A stretch of DNA of 64,000 bases from the NCBI GenBank assembly GCA_964016885.1, contig OZ024743.1:308140001-308204000 (forward strand). The letters are read 5' to 3'. The notes under the pieces were generated by a model, which saw only the letters and a list, made by a program, of their open reading frames with translations, did not search any database and was not told where the DNA came from. Of this stretch, positions 59,228 to 64,000 are shown piece after piece. The stretch's first letter is position 1. The number at the start of each line of letters is the position of its first letter. The DNA comes from Eledone cirrhosa (taxonomy: Eukaryota). Made by a program: the position numbers and the translations under genes.

Positions 59228-59688
59228 AGCTGGTCGAGACCTTCAATATCTCTAGTTACAGTAAACGATCTGAATTAGTCAAAATTAATTAGCAATTTAA
59301 TGATCCTGGTATCACCCAGGAAACGACCTGATGATATGATAATTGTCTCATATTTTAGATAAGATCGGACGACGACGAAAATATGGACCTGAAAATAAAA
59401 TTGGATCTTTTGTGCGAAGTGGATAACTGTACATATGTCAGTCAGTTTCTGTGAAGATTACATACACAGAACATGTATAAGTGTATGTGTATATATATGT
59501 GTGCGTGTAGTTGTTGTAAGAAATGCCTTGTTGAAGAAATGCCTTGAATACGATAAACATATCCGAGGACCTTGCGAGTGCAGAGTCAGGTTCGATCTAT
59601 AATAGATCCTGCCTTGAGCTGGTCGTCAGAGAAACATATGTAATATGCTAATAAATTGTGTTTTAATGCATCACTGATTCCTCGTTAT

Positions 59689-59759
<71 letters not shown>

Positions 59760-59849
59760 GTGCGTGCGTAGAATCGACGGTGCTGGGACCGGGGATACAC
59801 TAATAATGGGAATACTCAGTGTATAGGGAGATGCAGAGTGGTTATAGAG

Positions 59850-59940
59850 ATATGTAAAATTCCGATCGCGGCGCTAAGCGGTTTCGGCTTATGTGTCACA
59901 AGCCGAAACCACTTGGCACCGCGGTCGGGTTTTTACATAT
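59850..59940. repeat. Fold-back palindrome containing an HHR 3' half
   Basis: GGCTT-loop-AAGCC-GAAAC-C...G-GTC-GGG. The arms pair out to ATATGTAAAA/TTTTACATAT. Confidence 0.75.
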
Positions 59941-59960
59941 ATCCGTCTGTCTGTCTCTCC

Positions 59961-60029
<69 letters not shown>

Positions 60030-60644
60030 TAAATCCACTAATTAATGGTAGGGTCCAAGCCGTATGAAGAACTCAATGTAATCCGTATGTAGAACTTTGA
60101 TAATTTGTAATATGTAATATATTTTAAATAGATCACTAATAGAATGAACATACGGAGAACTCCCCCCCCCCCAGAAACGATCGTAAAATAATGAGTTTTA
60201 CTATGAATTACCCGTATTTTGTTTAATTTCATTGTTTTCACTATTTGTATTATATATATACATTTACATATGTGTGTGTGTGTGCATCATGATATAACAT
60301 GGAAAGTGTTCGAAAAGTCCACGCAATACATAATTATCTTTGCAGCGATTTCTCACCAATCGTAGCACCAGACTAAATCTTAGTCCTGACAAAAGTCAAA
60401 TTTATACATCTTCGTCAGTGTCTCCTCCATGGTTTTCCTGTCTCATGCATTTTCTTTCTATTCCTCACAACAGATTTTATTATATCTCTAAAGGAAATTC
60501 TGGAGGCGTTAGGTGTAGGATATACTTCAATTAACATCATCAATGATAATGTTTTCTTTATTTAACATCATCAATGATAATAAAACTAAACTATACAGTC
60601 TGCAACTAAATGGATAAACTAAAATCGTCAACAATTCGATCCCT

Positions 60645-60930
60645 TCACGTGGCCCTCTGGTAGGGGTGTTGGACTTATGACCATAATGTCGTGGCGTCGA
60701 TTCCTGGACTAGGCTGTGTGTTGTGTTCTTGAGCAAAATACTTCATTTCACGTTGTTTCAGTATATTCAGCTGAAAATGAATACCAGCAATATCTGGGGC
60801 GTTAACTCTACGATAGACTGGCGTCCTGTCAAGGGGTGGGGCGTTGACCCTCCGTTGGACTAGCGTCCTGCCAAGGGGAGGGCTCTTGTACACTCTGTCG
60901 CTTTACACCACGGAAACCGACATAAGCAAT
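60645..60930 (+). mobile_element. Second tRNA-derived SINE family
   Basis: A/B-box-like GTGGCCCTCTGG...GTCGATTCC, then TTGTGTTCTTGAGCAA. Related pieces at about 39570-39620 and 46560-46655 (-). Confidence 0.6.
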
Positions 60931-61225
60931 GGCATGATGAAAATCCGGAAACTTTAGAGTTAAGAAAACCTTATTGATTCCCTTCCACAACTGAGAACCT
61001 TTCAATTATCCATGTGACGAAATATGCTTAATGAACCAACTATTAATACCGCAAAACTCCATAAAAATCTTCGATGTTTAGTTTAACTGATTTCAAATGT
61101 GAAATTAACTTCGATGTTAACTGATTTCAAATGAGAAACTAATCTCAAGTATATTTGAAAAAACATAGTCTGAACCCGGCATGACATTAAAGTTAAATCA
61201 AAGAATTAATATTGCCTTACATATA

Positions 61226-61428
61226 CGAAGGTCGGCTGAAAAGTTCATAGCATAAGCTGACCAAGATACTATTCTAAAATGACCAAATGAGGTTTATTTT
61301 TCAACATAGTCCCTGGAAAGAAATAATGCAGTTATTAATAAGAAGAGTTGAAATTAATGCATGCAAGATTTCACAGCTCTAGCATCAATCCTTCGTAGTG
61401 AGCATATGAACTTTTCAATCTACCCTCG
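61226..61428. mobile_element. mariner-like MITE
   Basis: TA|CGAAGGTCGGCTGAAAAGTTCATA ... TATGAACTTTTCAATCTACCCTCG|TA. Confidence 0.7.
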
Positions 61429-61797
61429 TAAATACTTGAGACCCTCGTAAATACTTGAGAATATATAATAAAGGAGTTATCAACGATCAATGGCAGTAGG
61501 GTTTAGGGAGTTAAAAGTACTAGCTAACTTCAAGCTATCGAAAAATGTCGTACTTAAATAGGGAAAGCCCTGTTGAGTTGTTTAAGAACTACTCCCAAAA
61601 TAGTTATTTTTCATGAAGCAGGATTAACTCCTCCTCACTCGTTGATAGAAGGATATAGGAAGCTTAAATTACTAACTGATCAGTTTAAATGAAAATGAAA
61701 ACAATATATTTGACTTCCGCATGAATAAAACAATTAAAATACTTCAAAATAACAATTTAAACATTCAAAAGAAGCAAACTGTTTTAGGAACTGGGTC

Positions 61798-62180
61798 AGT
61801 TATACAGATGGGTCAGATTCAGACAATGGAGTAAGGAGTGGAGCTACTTGGTCTTTTCAAAACAATAATACAGATATGAGCTTCAGATTACACTTCACAA
61901 TATTTGACGCAGAGAGGTGGGGGATGATATCATCCATAGACTCGGCTAAAGAAACGCTATGGGTAAAAGGTTTTCTATTTAATTATAGTTTATCGAACCT
62001 AGAACAGTTTCAGTAAAAAAAAAAAGAGGTCGGGTTTGAGGTTTTGGGTGTCCTGCTAAGAATAAATAACTATCTACCGGACAATAATAAACAAGTAGCA
62101 ATGATTTGGATACCAGGCCATACAGATATTAGAGGAAATAAAAAAGCAGATGAATTAGCAAAGGAGGGAGTACAAAGGAA
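61798..62180 (+). mobile_element. Decayed RNase H domain of a LINE (I/R1/Ingi-type)
   Basis: YTDGS at about 61801, and WIPGHTDIRGNKKADELAKEG. Confidence 0.75.
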
Positions 62181-62616
62181 AATAATAATGATTTCTGATT
62201 TAGGCACAAGGCCAGCAATTTTGGGGGAGGGGAAAGTCGATTAAATCGACCCCAGTGTGTTACTGGTACTTTATTTTATCGACCTCGTAAGGATGAGAGG
62301 CAAAGCTAACGTCGGCGGGATTTGAACTCAGAACGTAAAGGCCCGTTACACAATGCCGTGAAGCATGGGGCCTGACGCTCTACCGATACTGTCAATCCGA
62401 AATAATAATAGAATTCGATTCTCCCTAGTGGTTGCTACACTTTTTTTCCGTCCATAGGGGTATTTTACCCGATTTTCGAAGCTATTATTTATAGTAATCG
62501 ACTGTATTTACAGTTTTTTCTACGTCTGAGTTCCTAAACATTTTCTATGAGTTTCATAATTCCTCACCGCTTTACATACAATGTTGTTTATATATATATG
62601 TGTGTGTGTGTGTAAT

Positions 62617-62691
<75 letters not shown>

Positions 62692-62717
62692 TTATATATG
62701 TGTGTGTGTGTGTAATC

Positions 62718-62782
<65 letters not shown>

Positions 62783-62917
62783 TATATATTATATATGTGT
62801 GTATTTATATGTATATATATATAAGAAGAAGGGATATTCAATTTGTTGGTAATTCAACAAATATAAATGTTTATAACTGATTCAGAGCACTCGACAATTT
62901 TTCTGGAGTATAATATT

Positions 62918-63221
62918 CAATGATATTAAATAAAGGGAAACTATATTTATAAAACCATATTTATTCTATTATATATATTTCAAGGGTACCAAAACTTTGG
63001 TACGCTATCATCAGATAAAATACGAAGTGTGTTTTATAAATTTTGACATAACCAAGTAAAATACCTTAACGGTTCAAGTTTTCCTTGGATAGTGACTAAA
63101 TTTATAAGACACACTTCGTATTTTATCTGATGATAGCGTACTAAAGTTTTAGAACCCTTGAAATATATATAATAGAATTAATATGGTTTAATAAATATAG
63201 TTTCCATTTATTTAATATCAT

Positions 63222-63223
<2 letters not shown>
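62918..63223. repeat. Fold-back (62918-63043 / 63098-63223) with HHRs at 62963-63021 (-) and 63120-63178 (+)
   Basis: ATTTTAT-CTGATGA-tAGcGTACC...GGTACcCTt-GAAA-TATATA-TA-ATAGAAT. A related fragment lies at 8255-8405. Confidence 0.85.
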
Positions 63224-63264
<41 letters not shown>

Positions 63265-63318
63265 CGTTTCTGAATTTGTTTAGCAAGATTTTTTATCGGA
63301 AAACGTGCGTTGAAACCG

Positions 63319-63412
63319 ATATTGTTATACTTTGGGAGGGTCATGTTGCCAATAAGAAACACACGCACTGGTGCGTGTGTTTCTTATTGGCAACACGACC
63401 CTCCCAAAGTAT

Positions 63413-63420
<8 letters not shown>
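63319..63420. repeat. About 100-bp near-perfect palindrome abutting (TA)n
   Basis: Centre GCAC-TG-GTGC. Confidence 0.88.
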
Positions 63421-63469
<49 letters not shown>

Positions 63470-64000
63470 TATATGTGTGTGTGTGTGTGTGTGTATTACC
63501 CGCCGAAACACGATTCTCGCTGAATTGATATATATATATATATATTATGGAAAGCATTTGCCGGAGGCTGTTATACTGTAGATGCACCACTTATTCTGGA
63601 ATATTTAATCTGAGAACTTAAACTGAAACAAAAGATATTTACTTAATTTAACTTTAAAATCGTTACATATAATGCATCTGACGTACTAACAACTCTGCCA
63701 ATTCGCTGCCTATTTGATTCCATAGAGAGAAAAAAATACAATATAAAACCAACAAACATATTTTACGTCATATTAACTGCTCGGATTAAATATTCCTAAA
63801 TAAGTGCTGCATCGTTACTGCTTGTACTGTGTAACAACCTGCGGCAAATATTACAAATTAAAAATGGTGGTTACAATTTATGCTCCTGCTTCGTTTAACA
63901 ACGATTTTAAAGTTAAATTATACATACATAAAATATATGGCTTTTATTAATAATAAACCATGCATACAATTGAATTATATGCATCGACAAATATGTGTGA

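Overview
This is AT-rich, repeat-saturated animal DNA, either intergenic or intronic. The tRNA-derived SINEs and very dense (TA)n/(CA)n/(GA)n tracts resemble an octopus/cephalopod genome (inference). I can support no host protein-coding exon, and most ORF-track entries are microsatellite artefacts. Recognisable elements are a near full-length decayed hAT (Buster/SPIN-type) transposon with TIRs and TSD (23754-26761), a 5'-truncated Penelope-like element (PLE, Naiad-type RT plus GIY-YIG, about 42830-45870), other PLE fragments, five Helitrons, RTE, CR1/L2, R4/Dong, CRE and Tx1 LINE fragments, MITEs and about 20 SINEs. The main unexplained signal is about 25-30 type I hammerhead-ribozyme (HHR) motifs, read by eye and ranging from intact to decayed. 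Most sit in fold-back (inverted-repeat) units embedded in (TA)n tracts. In every HHR-bearing fold-back the left arm is antisense and the right arm sense, so the ribozyme is present on both strands. Related copies show stem covariation and a C3-G8 to U3-A8 core swap. One group shares a C.C mismatch in stem II, and two fold-backs turn exactly at the ribozyme stem II loop. Ribozyme activity and novelty are untested.
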